From: Gnetum montanum
Lineage: Eukaryota > Plantae > Gnetophyta
Assembly: GCA_015680685.1 (NCBI GenBank)
Contig: MNCI01003059.1
Coordinates: forward strand, 399,699-463,698
Direction of reading: 5' to 3'
DNA: 64,000 bases
Within the stretch, counting starts at the first letter, position 1. Every line of letters starts with the position of its first letter. Position numbers and translations under genes: made by a program. The notes beneath the pieces are model-generated. The model worked only from the letters and a program-made list of their open reading frames with translations. It searched no databases and was not told the origin of the DNA. This document shows positions 25,037 to 38,700 of this stretch, piece by piece.

Positions 25037-26656
25037 TTAGCAAAACAATGAGGTAACCAGTCACTAATCCTTAGCTTACTTTCAAATTATTGATTCACAA
25101 CTTGCTAATTACTTGTTGAGATACCTATCATTCTACTAACTTTATTTGCTCTAACTATATCAAGGTAAAGTAACACAAAACTTCGGTAGAATTTAAGTAA
25201 AATGTAACAATGACACAACTTGATAATTGAGTGTAAGTTAGTGAAATTGAACCCATACCTAGAGTTTCCATATTAAGTCTTATCCCTAAACTAACACCTT
25301 ATTGTTTCTAAAGTTACTAAACATCTTGCCAAGGCCCTTTTTTTGATAATCCTTTATATTGTTTTGCAATTAGCGTAAACTAACCTAAATATAATGTTAT
25401 GTTATCTACTCGTTGATTTTTGAAGCGAGAAAATTTATGAAGATCACTTTGAAGGTAAACTACAACGCAAAAACTTGGGAGAACCACAATTTCACCAATG
25501 TATACATACAATCACTTAATTCTTAATTGACTTTAAAAATATAAGAAATCTACTATCAATTTTCTTTTGAAATACCTTTGTCCCTCTAATATCTCGATAC
25601 CTGCAAGGATCCTCGAATAATCCATCGACGACACGTTACAGACTTTCTTTCTTATTTTCTTTGCAAATTTTGATTCTGTTTCTTTTCTTGGGGAAACTTA
25701 ATAGCGATGAGAGCTTTTCCTGATCATCACAGAATATACTCGAAGAAAACAAATACTACATTATTGGAATAGCAACTTAAATGTATTTGTGTTTGTGTTT
25801 GAGTTGCTGATTGCAAAATTAAATAGTCATTATACTCGGGAAAACGGAACTGGAAGGGTCCTGCTGGGAACAGATGAGAAATTAAAACCTAGATAGCGCT
25901 TGAATTGACATTACAGGAAAGTTAGGCATAAAAAATAAAGCAACTATTGTCTAGAAGTTCCCATCCATGCTTATATGGTAATCCTGAGCATTGTGTTACT
26001 TATAGTGGGAAAAGAGAGCAAGTGATGCTTTGCAGGTCCATGTAATCCAACATGCAAGTTCGTCCATTCGTACCTATTGACACAATTTAGTATACTGGTA
26101 AATAAAAAATCCCAGAATTTTCTGAAGGCTTTGCTCGCATACTTATTATATGTGGTAGACATTTTCTTATTTCGTTGTTACAATGTTGCTACAAATGACC
26201 ATCCAAGATATTTTGTAGCAAATAAAAGCAGGCAATAGTTGAGTAGTTTTAAATTAAAAGGAAATTGGTATGTTGTAAAATAAAGATAAAACCATGTACA
26301 TTTACTTCCCCAGGAGAGGAATGTGGAAAACTCATGAAAAAAGCTTTTCCCATCAACTTGCAGATGCATGTCAGAACCTGAAGCCAAGCTTGTCCCATAT
26401 GAACAAATAGCTTTAAATTAAGCATCCAAAATATTGATCTTCTTTCATCATCATCCTAGCGTTACCAGAGTTGGCTTGAAGTATTTTGATATTTAATATT
26501 AGTGAATCTTCTGGAAGCAGGAAATATGAGGAACACTTGATATTGGAGCAAACACCTATTATATCATTTGAAGTAACTGTATGTGGCACTAGAGACCTAA
26601 AACTGCTGAATAAACATCTCCAGCCCAGGGTGGAAACGGGTATCTGTCGAAGTGAA

Positions 26657-26720
26657 TCAAAAAACATCATCTTCCACCTCGGACTTGAAAACAAAACTTG
26701 GAAATGCAGTGCTTATTTGT
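26657..26720 (-). CDS. CBL: CBL coding exon 8
   Basis: [20 protein letters not shown]. Confidence 0.93.
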
Positions 26721-29700
26721 CTGCATGGAAGCAAATATACAAGTAAATCAAATTATTCAAACCATCATAAAAGGCATAAAAATGGAAGGTAGCATAAGAA
26801 AAAAAAAATCAAAACAGATATCTCACAGAAAAAAATAAAATAAAATAAAAAAGTATGGTCATCTCTGAATACTCAACATAAAATGGCCAAAACATTAATA
26901 TGGTAAAACATGGACCAAACTTTGAAGTCAAATGGAAACTGTAGCAAGCTCTTAGGATCACATTTTTCACAGAATGTACGAATAAGATGAATTCACCTAC
27001 TGCAGGCCCTAACAAAAATGTACCACGATTCAAAAGTGTACCTTCCCCTTAATCTTCTGATCTTTTGACAGTACGTTAACAGCTGAGGGTAAAGAAGAGC
27101 TTCCAAGTACCATATGAGGTTTGCCAGACATCAGCAAGTGCAATGATAAATATTTAGGGAAAAAACAGCATCAAATTTCAAAGGGAAAGGTGAAAAGCAA
27201 ATGGCATTGTACCAACTGTTACAAAAAGAACATGTAAAGAACATATCTTCGACAGTGTACTCTCTTTTAAAAGCATTACAGAAAACTGGTTTTTGAAGGG
27301 GAGCAACCTTAAGTGTCCCAATTGAATAAAAATGTGAGATCAACAATACACAGATAGTGCTATCCCGTGAAAGAGATTCCAGATTAACATTGATAAAGCA
27401 GTTACAAATGTGACATATGAGGTTGCAATAACATAGCCAGAGAAAGCAGGGCTAAAATCACTATAAAGAAACGTGGCAGAGACGATTAAAATGTTGTAGG
27501 TTCCTTGATCATAAAAGTTGCAAGGCTGTTACCAAACTAATTCATGCACTTCGAGTTACATAAGAGTTACTTTTCAAGAAAATAGTGTGCAGGGAAAAGG
27601 CCTCAAACTTTAAACAAAATGATTTCCACAGAATATCAACACGTTAATATTCACAAGGGCTAAAACTTCAGTAATTTTTTATGGACCCAAATATTTGTAC
27701 CCAGACAAACTCTCAAATCTTTATAGCATTTCAAGTCAAAGAGGGTTACTTCTCAAGAAATAGTGCGCAAGAAAAAGGCCTCAAGCTTTAAACAAATTGA
27801 TTGCCCCAGAATATAAACGCATTAATATGCACAAGGGCTAAAATTTCAGTAATTTTGGATGGACCTAGATATTCATACCCAGACTAGCTCTCAAATCTTT
27901 ATAGCATTTTCGGTCACATTAGAGTTACTTGTCAAGACAGTGTGTGAAGGTCAAGCTTTAAATAAATTGATTTCCACATAATATCAACACATTAATATTT
28001 ACAAGGGCTAAAATTTCAGTTATTTTGGATGATCCCCGATATTAGTACTCAGACTAGCTCTCAAATCTTAATAGCATTATAGGTATAACCAAAAAAGTGA
28101 GTAATTTACTATATTATCTTGAGTCCTAGATGAAGGAAGCCCAAACAGGCAGAAGCAGCAGTAACAATAACAAAATACACTGAAATTCTTAAACCATAAC
28201 AAGGCAGCATGAGAAAGCACTAATGAGATTTACTATTCTTTTAGTATCTGCCTTCCAATATATAGCATGGCAACAACAAGCAATGTTCTTGAAATATAGT
28301 GCTGTCACCCAGAAATGTTGTTGCTTTAAACCACAAAATTCTGATTATAGCCAACTTCCTCTAAGTAAGAAATAACAAAATAGGAATTTAAGAAAAGCAA
28401 AATCAAAACCCTTGAACCAAGAATATTGATCAAAATTTCATGATTGTTTACAAAAAGCATGAATCATAAAATCTATTTAATGCTAACAACAAAGATTTTC
28501 AAGTCAAAAGCTAATGAGGTGTTAAAACATTTTCCAAATCTATTCAGTTGTTTCCCTTGATTACATGCAAATTAAAAAACACCAAAATAATTATTTAAAT
28601 TTATACAGAAAAGAACAAGAAAATACTTGAGATACGGCAGTGTCATCATTTTCATTACTGAAGGATGTTTCTTGACAAAACTATGCCATTCTTCAATGTC
28701 TATCTTGCCATCACCTTTGCAATCTACTTCAGAAAATGTCTGCATGAATGCCACATCTCACTTTAGTGTGTAAAATAAATCTCAAAAAACTTGAACACTC
28801 ATCTTCAAAAGAATAAAAAATTACAAAGAAAATAATAATATGAGAAAAACGGAATAAATCTAATGATTGAAATATTCTGTATTATACGGATCCACTAACA
28901 TAGACAAGTCAGATTAACAAACCTTCCATGGATTTTTTAACAATATAACAATACGGCAAGTAATAAAAGCTCTTGCGAATTAATTTTTCATTCCCCATTA
29001 TTAAAAAAATGTATAGATAGAAAATCACCTTGTCAACAATCAGATCCACAACATCATCAGAAACACCCATGTCTGATTCATTTAAAAGAGCTATGACCAT
29101 CTGCTTCACCTGCAATCAAATACTATCATTACCAGAAGCCAAGTTCAACAAAAGGTTATCTACAGCATTACTTGTTCACAGATCACAATGCAACAATATC
29201 AAAATCTTAATCAGTAAACAGAAGCATGGATAGTAATCCCATAAGATGGTACTGTTTGTGAGCAGTAACAAGCATCGGCTTTTGCGTTCAACATTGAAGT
29301 ATGGTTTCAGTGTGGAAGATACGTAGAATTTGTACATGTAGTGGGAGCACAGTTTGTATGATCTTTTAATAACCTTGGAGACCTTCCAGATTGCCCTACT
29401 GGGGCATCTGATTAGGCCTTATGGGTAACCTGATTTGGAACATGTATTTGACTCTTAACATTAAGGTTTCTGTGGTCCATGCGAATGACATTATAAATGC
29501 AATTTCTACCTTCAAAATTAATGAAGCTGAAACTGTATTTATCATCACAGCCAGAAAAAGACAATAGGAATCTATTGGGCAGAGCTATTGTACAATTTAA
29601 ATATGCTTTAAAAGTATATTTGATGCTTACCTAAGAAGTTGGAAAAACGTACTTAGATTATCAATGCCTATTCCTCCATGGTCTCAAAGAGATTGTCAAT

Positions 29701-32700
29701 GACAATTTTCCATTGGTAAAACATGAAGCTGTTCGTGCTCTACTAATTTGTATGCTTATATGCAGTGACATTATGTCATCTGAGTACCCTACATTTGCCT
29801 TAAGAACTCCACATTTGATTGTTTCCAAGAAATATTTCTTCCTTCCGTCTGCATTAAAATCTTCTAGTATATTACTTCTCATCATCAGGCAAATGGAAGT
29901 TTTCTGAATCATTAGATCCCATTTTTCGATTCCCCCATGTTTTGTATATTGTATATGATTTTCTACATTTCTAAATTGCAGTTTTCCTGTCATCACAGTT
30001 AAAGCTCATTGATTTTTGCACCTAATATTTCTGCCTCATTTTATGAATGTTTGGCACCTCACCTTAAGGGAATAGTAAACATGTTGCATCAAAGCATTCC
30101 TCCATGAAATTGAGCATAAATCTCAAATGGGGATCCACGTGTGCCCAGAAATCTTTTATCATCAATATTTTAAGTAATTATCTGTCATATAATTGCATTT
30201 TCACATGGAGACACATCTGTGAAAATTTCCACTTTCAGGACATCCCCAGGATGGGGGCACTAGACAGAACATTGGGACTCACAGTGGATGTGGCAAAAAT
30301 TGACAAAATCCACTGGATACCTAAATGTCCCAAGGGCGCATATCTCTTCATGTGTTTTTAGGCTTGCAACCCTCCAAGTAGAAAAATTTGTGTTTTGGCC
30401 TTGTTTCAATTTCATATGTACGGTTAGCTTTTGGCTTTGCACATCAGGAGTGCTGGAAGCTGGCAGATATTTGTCAGTGGTATCTGAATTCTGTGGGAGA
30501 AATCAAAGAAAGAGAATGACACCCAAGGAGCACTTCCAGGCCACTCTAAGTGTCTTGCAAGCTGCTGCAGCTTTAGCATCAAGATTACCCCTCATCAACA
30601 ACGAAGTAACACTAGGATATGGCATAAACCTCAGGGTACTGGAAACAGAATTCAGTCTCTCTCTAATGGAAGATGGACCATTTTTGCAGGTTGTTTATCA
30701 GGAACGGTAAAAATCAAAATTCTAGTTAAAGTGATAACAGCCATGTTATTCCAACAACCTCACATGAAGAAGTGCACACTGTAATTGCATCTAGAATGTT
30801 GAGAAACCCTAGAATCAATGATTTAGTTTCTGCAAAGAAAGATAGGAAAGCTATAATTTGTCCATGTTTATGATCAATCTCAAGCGAGGACCAAATTCTC
30901 ATGAAAGAAAATTAAAAGGAGTAGGTCAATTGGCATATATGACATTTGACAGCGATAACGGCCAAACTTATTTATGCTCCCAAACCATCACAATTCTATT
31001 CCAAAAGAAAAACATCAAACACAAGTGGTGTACATTTGGTTATCCATAACATGGTTGTTTATCCTGAATCAGCCTCCTTTTTTGCGTTCTGGCATAAACT
31101 GCTGCAATTGACGAATAACTTGAGGTGAACAAGTGACAAATCCAGACCAACCAAGCTATACATCATTGCCCAAATTCAAATTCAATGGCAATAGAAATTG
31201 AAGATGACAAAAGTCAATAAAGGCTAGCGATAATTTAATTTTGAAATTGGCCAAATTAGTCTATGAAATATTTCGCAGGCAATAGTATCTCCTGTACATC
31301 GTAAGAAATAATTTTGTAATATACTAAACAAATCAATGTAATTGATACTTTTTTGTTATTGACAATTTCTCTAGGGTTTCAGGAAACATGAAGGCGCTAA
31401 AAAGAATTTTGAGGATGTAAGCAAAGCTGTCGCTATTGGAGAAACAATTAGAGTGCTGAATGAAGCATGAATGTAGGAAGCTGCCCTCTGTACTAGAATT
31501 CTAATGAGTGAAACTTGGAAGGACGAAAAAAGTATACGGAGAAATTTAAGAAGAAACAAAGGCCCTATTCTTGCTCATTCTACCATTTTACAGAATCCAA
31601 TGCTATATATACAGATTATACATTAATTCGCATATGCATGCCATGCACGAATGATCACTCTCACAATTAATAACACTAAGAACTGGGCCATGCCATTAAC
31701 GCACTAACCCTACCACAACCACTGACATACATTAAATAAAAACACTAACTGTAACTAACACCCAGTAATTAAAGTTTAAATACGATACATTTTCACAAGG
31801 CATTACCAAAGAAAAAACTTTAAATTTTACTTGCCAACACCGAAAGTTTACTAAATGTAACACCAATAGGATTTGCAAGCTAAATCTAATTGACAATGAA
31901 GAAAAAATAAATGTTAATACCGTGGACTTGTTTCTTACATGTGCATTACAGTGAATTGTCTACATGGGTTGGAAACCTTGGACAGGCAAAGGCTTGGGAA
32001 CATGATGCTTGAACGATATCCTTCTTCAGCCAATGGTCATTCAGGCCAAAACGAAATCTTTCGGGATGGCTACAATGTAACTAGGGAAAAACTTCTCAAA
32101 CGTTGTCTGAACCTGAATTCAGATATACAATTCATCCACACCTAAAAACCTAAGATAATACAAAATGATGTAGTTTATTCAACTCTGGAAGAAGTTGGAA
32201 CCTTGTATTAATTGTGTCATGGATAAGCTAGTTCACAAGCCACAGATAACATAGCCTATGAAAAAGTTTACATTTAGATATTTACATGTTTACCAGTAAA
32301 CTTGCATAAATAAATCATTATAAAATGAATCACACATAAATTTGAACAAAAGAAATTGGCATAAACTCTGAAAAATCCCAAAGTGGATTTTGCTCCGCAT
32401 TATAGGTTTTCAACTTTCCTAAGTTCATTTCAAGAAGTTTCCCTTGTCAAAGTGGGTATTGTATTTTGCTAGCTTTCTGAGTAACCAATTCAAGTCCAGT
32501 GTTGTCATACTTCAATCTACTCTTTTTTCTCTTTGCAGGTTTCTCCCAAGTCTATCTACTTAATCCTAGTTTGGATAGTGAGTAAAGGCTTACTAGCCTA
32601 GCCAACTCACAGCCGACTCCAATATTAACAGGCCGAACTGAGTCTAACGTTAAATTAAATAAATCATTACTGTTATCTAAGTATATCACCATAGATTCTT

Positions 32701-35700
32701 GAACATGGTTGTAGTAGTGATTTGAAGACCTGGCTACAAATTAAGCAGTCTTCTACTTAACTATTTGTAAAAAAAATAAGTCAAAATTAAAAGTTGCAAT
32801 AATTTATACACTGAGAATTCCATTATGAAGAAAAGTGGAGGCATGCTATAGAATCAAAAAGCTTAAAATTTCATATAAGACAGAATACATGGAATGTAAT
32901 TTCAGTAAAAGTATAAACAATGATGAAATAACAATTCAAGGACAAAAAGTCCTTCCCTACAAACAGTTCTACTAAGGATTAATACTCCAATCAGATGATG
33001 AAATTGATAAGAATGTACAAAAATAGGATTAAGGCAAGATGATCAAAAGAATCCAATGAAACTAAAGGAAAAATTTTACAAGTTAGTAACCAGGCCTGAT
33101 ATTTTATATGGTGTTGAGCATTATGCAAAAATAGGCATGGACAAAAGATTAGTGTTGCAAAAATGCAAATGCTTGGATGAATGTTGAATGTGACAAGAAG
33201 AGATAAACTACATAATACAAACATTAGAGAAAAGCCTAGAGTTGCTTCTATTTCAAATAAGTTATAGGAATGACATCATAGATAGTATGGTCATGTCCAA
33301 TGAATATCAAAAAAATAAGTCTATCAAGAAAAGGTTGCCAAGTCATACTTCCAAGAAAGCCATTGAAAAGAAGACCAAGAGAGACATGGGGAAAAAATAT
33401 GATTCAAGATAAGATGAAATTGCACATCAATAAGGATCTAGCTCTTCATAGAGGCAAATGGTAAAAGAGAACTCATGTAGCCAACCACATTTTGTTAGGA
33501 CAAGGCTAAGATGATGATGGTAAAAGCCATCATAGCTTTTTGAAGGGTACACAAACACCATCACCTTGCTAGTGTAAGTTTACCTACATGGATATAATTT
33601 AAGTAATAACATTTCACTTAGGTAATGATCTATGTTGCAACATAACTAGTTACCTATGAATATGGGGAAGAAGTGATTATTTAGTGCAAGCCATTGCAAG
33701 ATTTGCCTTATTTAGCAATTTTTTCAACCAAAAGATAATGCATTTATAATAATCCTAGCTTTTGGTATTCGAATGGCAGGGGAATATCAACAGAAATACA
33801 TAGTGTTTTCCTAGTATATACTTTTCACATGTCAACAATACCTATAAAAATAACAAATAAATTTACATATGCTGCAAGTATGAGAGGGTAACTTAAGAAG
33901 TCTCTGCACCTTGGAGTGGTGTTAGGTGACATCAATTTAGGACAGTTGTGATATTTATTGTTCATTTGTTTAAGAACATGTACTAAACGCAACTGTAAAG
34001 AATAAGCAAAAAATAAGTGGTCCTATTGCAACTTCTTAAATGTTTTAAGATAGGGTATGTGACGTATGTACACCCACTGCACCAATAATTCTTCATTTGA
34101 ATGGATTGGGAAAAGGGAAACAGATACATGTGCCATGTACTTCATATTTTAAAGAAAGTTAAATAAAATAGAAAGCAAAAATATAAGTTAATAATAAGGA
34201 TACTCCCATTGCTAGTTGATGCTTACCTCCTCACGTTTAATATACCCAGTCTGTGTTAAGTCATACAGTTTGAATGCAACTGCAATTACAATCATCCAAC
34301 ATCATTTTTTGTAGAATTAAATGGGAATGAAAGTCAAATTTTTCTTTAAAATTTTCAAAAAATGCATTTACTTTTAGGCAATTTCACAACAATGGGACAG
34401 TTAAACATTATGATCAACCAACACTAATACTAAAATTAACTGTAACTAGAACAAGATGTATAAGAACTTCTGCCTTTTCTTATATGGTGCTAAATATTGG
34501 GCAGAAAAAGAGAGGCATGAACAACAAATCAGTGTGACAGAAATGTGAATGGTTAGATGGATGTTGAATGTTTAGAAGAGATAAACTGCACAATACAGAT
34601 ATTAGAGGAAGACTTGGAGTGACTTCTATTTCAGATAAGTTATAGGAACAATGGCTTAGATGGTTTGGGCATGTGCAAAGAAGATCAGACAGTGAACCTA
34701 TTTTAAAAAAAGTTACTACGTTGCTGTTACAGGAAAGCCACCGAAAGGAAGACAAAAAAAAACATGGAAAATTTTCAAAAAAGAATCAAAGATGATTTGA
34801 AAAAACTACAAATAATCAAACATCTAGCTCTTCATAAAGGTAAATGGTGAAAAAAAGTCATGTAGCCAACCACATTTTGTTGGGACAAAGCTAGGAGCAG
34901 TATTTGGAGGAGGAGGATGATGATGCACAACTCTCCTTAAACATAATATAAAGGTTCAACATGAATCAAAACTGTGTGCACATACAACAAGAAATAATAC
35001 TTACACTTAATCTTTTCTTCTTCTTGTGCATCAGGATGGAAAACACTCAAGGATCGAACAAACTCTCCAAATTCAATCACCCCATTCTGCTTATAATCAA
35101 ACAGATCAAAAACCTGAATGACAATTCAGAAAACAAGAATATCATGAGTGTTATTTGATCTTATAAATCAAGGACTACTAAAACCAACACCTGAAAAAAA
35201 GCAACAAACCCAACAAAAAACATTAATCAAGTCCTTCAAACATGACACAACATCCCTCTGAATAAAACCATGATATAATATTGTATTTGGGCCTTAAAGC
35301 ATTTTATTATACAATCACAAAATAAAGGAGTTCTTCATATTATAAGTCACTACATTTTTGTTATGTACTCAACTGTCCACATAGTCTGACTTATATACTG
35401 ATAATATGCACTAATCATTAGCATCTACCTTGGAATAGTATATTGATAACATAGAAAAGTGACACTCTAATAACCAAATTGTTACGTCCCTTGCAAACAC
35501 ATTAGATATGGCCGTACGATTATGATTTATACATTACGTGTGTTGTCTTGGTGGGTTATTGGGTATGACTTAGCTTATTGTAATTGCGCTTTATATGTTA
35601 TGATTATGATGTTTTACATGCTTAACTGACATGATTATGTATAGTAGCCCTGTGTGATGTGTTAAGATAGGTGATGTTAACAAGGATGTTGGGTTGGGGT

Positions 35701-38700
35701 ACAGTAACACCTATTTGGCATGCAATTATGCTTTAGATGTAATTTTAATATTTATACATTTGAATTATAGTGCTATACCGTGTGATGTTTGGATAAGGTT
35801 TTAGCATGTGAATATGTAGAGCATCTGATGTGGATCTTGTAGGTTCAAATGGATTTTGATTTGGAGTCCCGTGTGTTTGTTACGCATGATTGAAGTTCAT
35901 GGCATTAGTTACAGAGGAAAAAAATATATAGCTTATGAAAATATTTCCCTTAAAAAATAATAAATAATTCAAAAGTATAAATAATTCAAAAGTAAACGAA
36001 TTGCTTGTCATGGCATGTGACAAGCATAAAAGATAAAATGTCTTTGCATTATGATCATATCCATGATACATTATAAATAAGTTAAAAAAAAAAAACAACA
36101 ACAACAACACCATCTTTCTTTTGTTGTGGGCACTACTTGTGAAAATTTGGGTTTTGGTTTTCTGTGTTCACAAAAAATAGAAACCGATTTTGAGTTTCTT
36201 CTCTTCTGTTTTTCCTTCATTTTCTTCCATTGTTCCACTCTTTTCTTGGAATTTTGGCATTGTGGATGATTGTTGTTGCTCTAAACCTGAATTTGGAATT
36301 GCAGTGGTTGTATCTACATGGGTGCAGAACTTGTTTGGAGCCAAACAAAGTTTTGCCAAATTTTTTAAGATTTCATGCTTGTTTTGGACTTTCTGCTGCA
36401 ACAATTTTAATTGATGGGTTGTCTTTACCTTTTCCTCACATTTTTGTACTAGATTAGTGTATATGATCATGTGATGTGGGCATATGGGGCAGATAGTTAA
36501 AAGATTGAGCTTAGACATGTTGTTTTGCATATTTCCTGAAATTGTATAGTTTTGGTTACAAATTGTTTATCAATATATATGTGATGTATGGTATGATGTG
36601 GACTTATGGAATATGATATGTGATGATGAGACTAGTATGGTTGGAATATTATAATTTAGGGGCCTATTGTGGCGTGGGAGTTTCAATCATCATTGGCTAT
36701 AATTAAATATTATTAATTATTATTTTATTAATCAAACTTTGAACGTGCATAGCTTTGCTTCCAGGGGTCCGATTTAGGTGAAGTTAGTGTCGTTGGGATC
36801 GTCTGGGGCAGTTCTTCCTAATCATGGAATTGGTTTTCTCTTTGGGCGTATATCATTTTGGGGGTCATTATAGCAGTCATTTTTGTGGAATTGCATGTAG
36901 TTCAAGAAATATGGTTGTGGTGCAAAATTTTGTTTTGTCGAATTATGGTGTCGTTTCATGGAATGAATGTGACTATTAAGTGTGGATATATGTGGTCATG
37001 TTATGTTGGCTTTGGAAGTGTTGTACCTATGGCATGTGTTGGCTTAAGCCAACCTGGACTTGTACATGTTTTTGCAATGACACTTGTAATGGTCATTGGC
37101 GGGTGGTGCTAGCATTAGGATCTATGATGCATTAGTAGGCTTATGTCTCAAGCCTCATCCTGAGAGTGGGAGAGCATAGGTATGTTTGTCCCTACGACTA
37201 GTACGTGGCATAGGTATGTTCATCCCTATAGCCAATCCTCCAGAAGGCTAGTGGTTGTGGGTCACAGGTTGATGAACCCTACCACCGGTTGGATAAATAA
37301 GGCAATGGTTGTTTATGAGTACTCTTGGCAAGGTTTTACATGCTACACTAAGTGTGGATATGCTAGCAACCACTTGGGCTACGTGTATGATAGTATCGGT
37401 TTGTGAGTCATAGCATTGATAATATATATTATGATTAAATTATTATTGTGTGGGTCGTGGGTTGTTTAACAATATGGAGCAGGTACAATGGCATGGGCAT
37501 GATAGTGGAAATGCATGTGATGTGGTGTAACGGATATATGATAGATTATATCAAACAGTGGTTTTATCTATGATTGTATGATAGCCATCTATTCTCTTTA
37601 ATAATTATTATGCTAGTGTTATATTTGAAATGGTGTGTGCACATGTGTTGCGTTAAGCATGCACAAGACTAACAGTTGATGTAGGTTGCCTTGTACCCAA
37701 CTCCCCTCCTCTAGTGCAGCAATTGTCAACCATCTAGTAGGGGAAGTGTAAAAGCTTCCCACTCAGTTTTATACTGACTTTATTTAATTACAGGTGGAAG
37801 TTGCAAGAGCACAGACAAGTAGAGAGATAGAGAGAGAGTAGAAGAGAAAAAAATCTTCAAGGATTGGTTAATGTATATTTCCATGTACAATAGTATGGAC
37901 TATTTATAAGTGTATGCAAGTCTATGTACTCTTATATATGTGATGATGATGTTTATGTGTTTTTTTATCTTATGAGAATAGTGCAGATGTTTGGTTTATG
38001 TAGAGACATGTAGTTTTATAAATTGAAATGTTTGCTTAGTTTTTGGTTTGACATGAAATTTACATGTAGTTTGACCTTCCATATTAGATATATTGAGTGA
38101 CTTATTCTTAACGTATCTTTATATATTTGTAGCTTTTAGTTTATCATGCTTTTGTTGTGGTATTACTAGTGATCCTAGGAATCACCCTGCCCTATGGTAG
38201 GGCAGGGTGTTACACAAATGCTCACAATCATGCATTTAAATAAATGAAACTTAAACCAAATTTATAGTCACTAGTAAAAGACACGAAAAATCTACTATGC
38301 AGCAATTGTATATTTCAATCAATTTGAAACTTTATTGAATGTAATTGCCCAAAACCAAAGTAGGATGTTTGAACAATGCACTTGGATTATTCACAACTAT
38401 TTGTCATTGTATTCAAGGACACTCGCTTAACTAAACATCTGAGGAACAGTTTTCACCTTCAATGCTAATAGTCGTGTAAAATCTAAATAATAGGGACCAG
38501 AAGAAAACAAGGCGGAGAAGAAGAAAGCTATCAAAATACTCTATCCGGGACCTTTTAAAAATGTACCATCAACGTTCTAATTCCTAACAGTAAACAGCTT
38601 TTGTTTTGAATTCTGTAGATGTTGCTAAATGAGCATTATGTTCTAATATAAAAATAAGTATATACTAATATATAGCCCAGGAAGAAATCTAGCATCACCC

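Noticed and set aside
29661-30710. ORFs of 111 aa (minus) and 140 aa (plus) in CBL intron 5
   Set aside because: No recognisable domain or splice structure. It may be a very old TE fragment, but I cannot support a call.
22160-38214. A single 16-kb LTR element that captured CBL exons
   Set aside because: Each LTR has its own TSD, I saw no PBS, PPT or pol between them, and the CBL gene continues beyond 38214.
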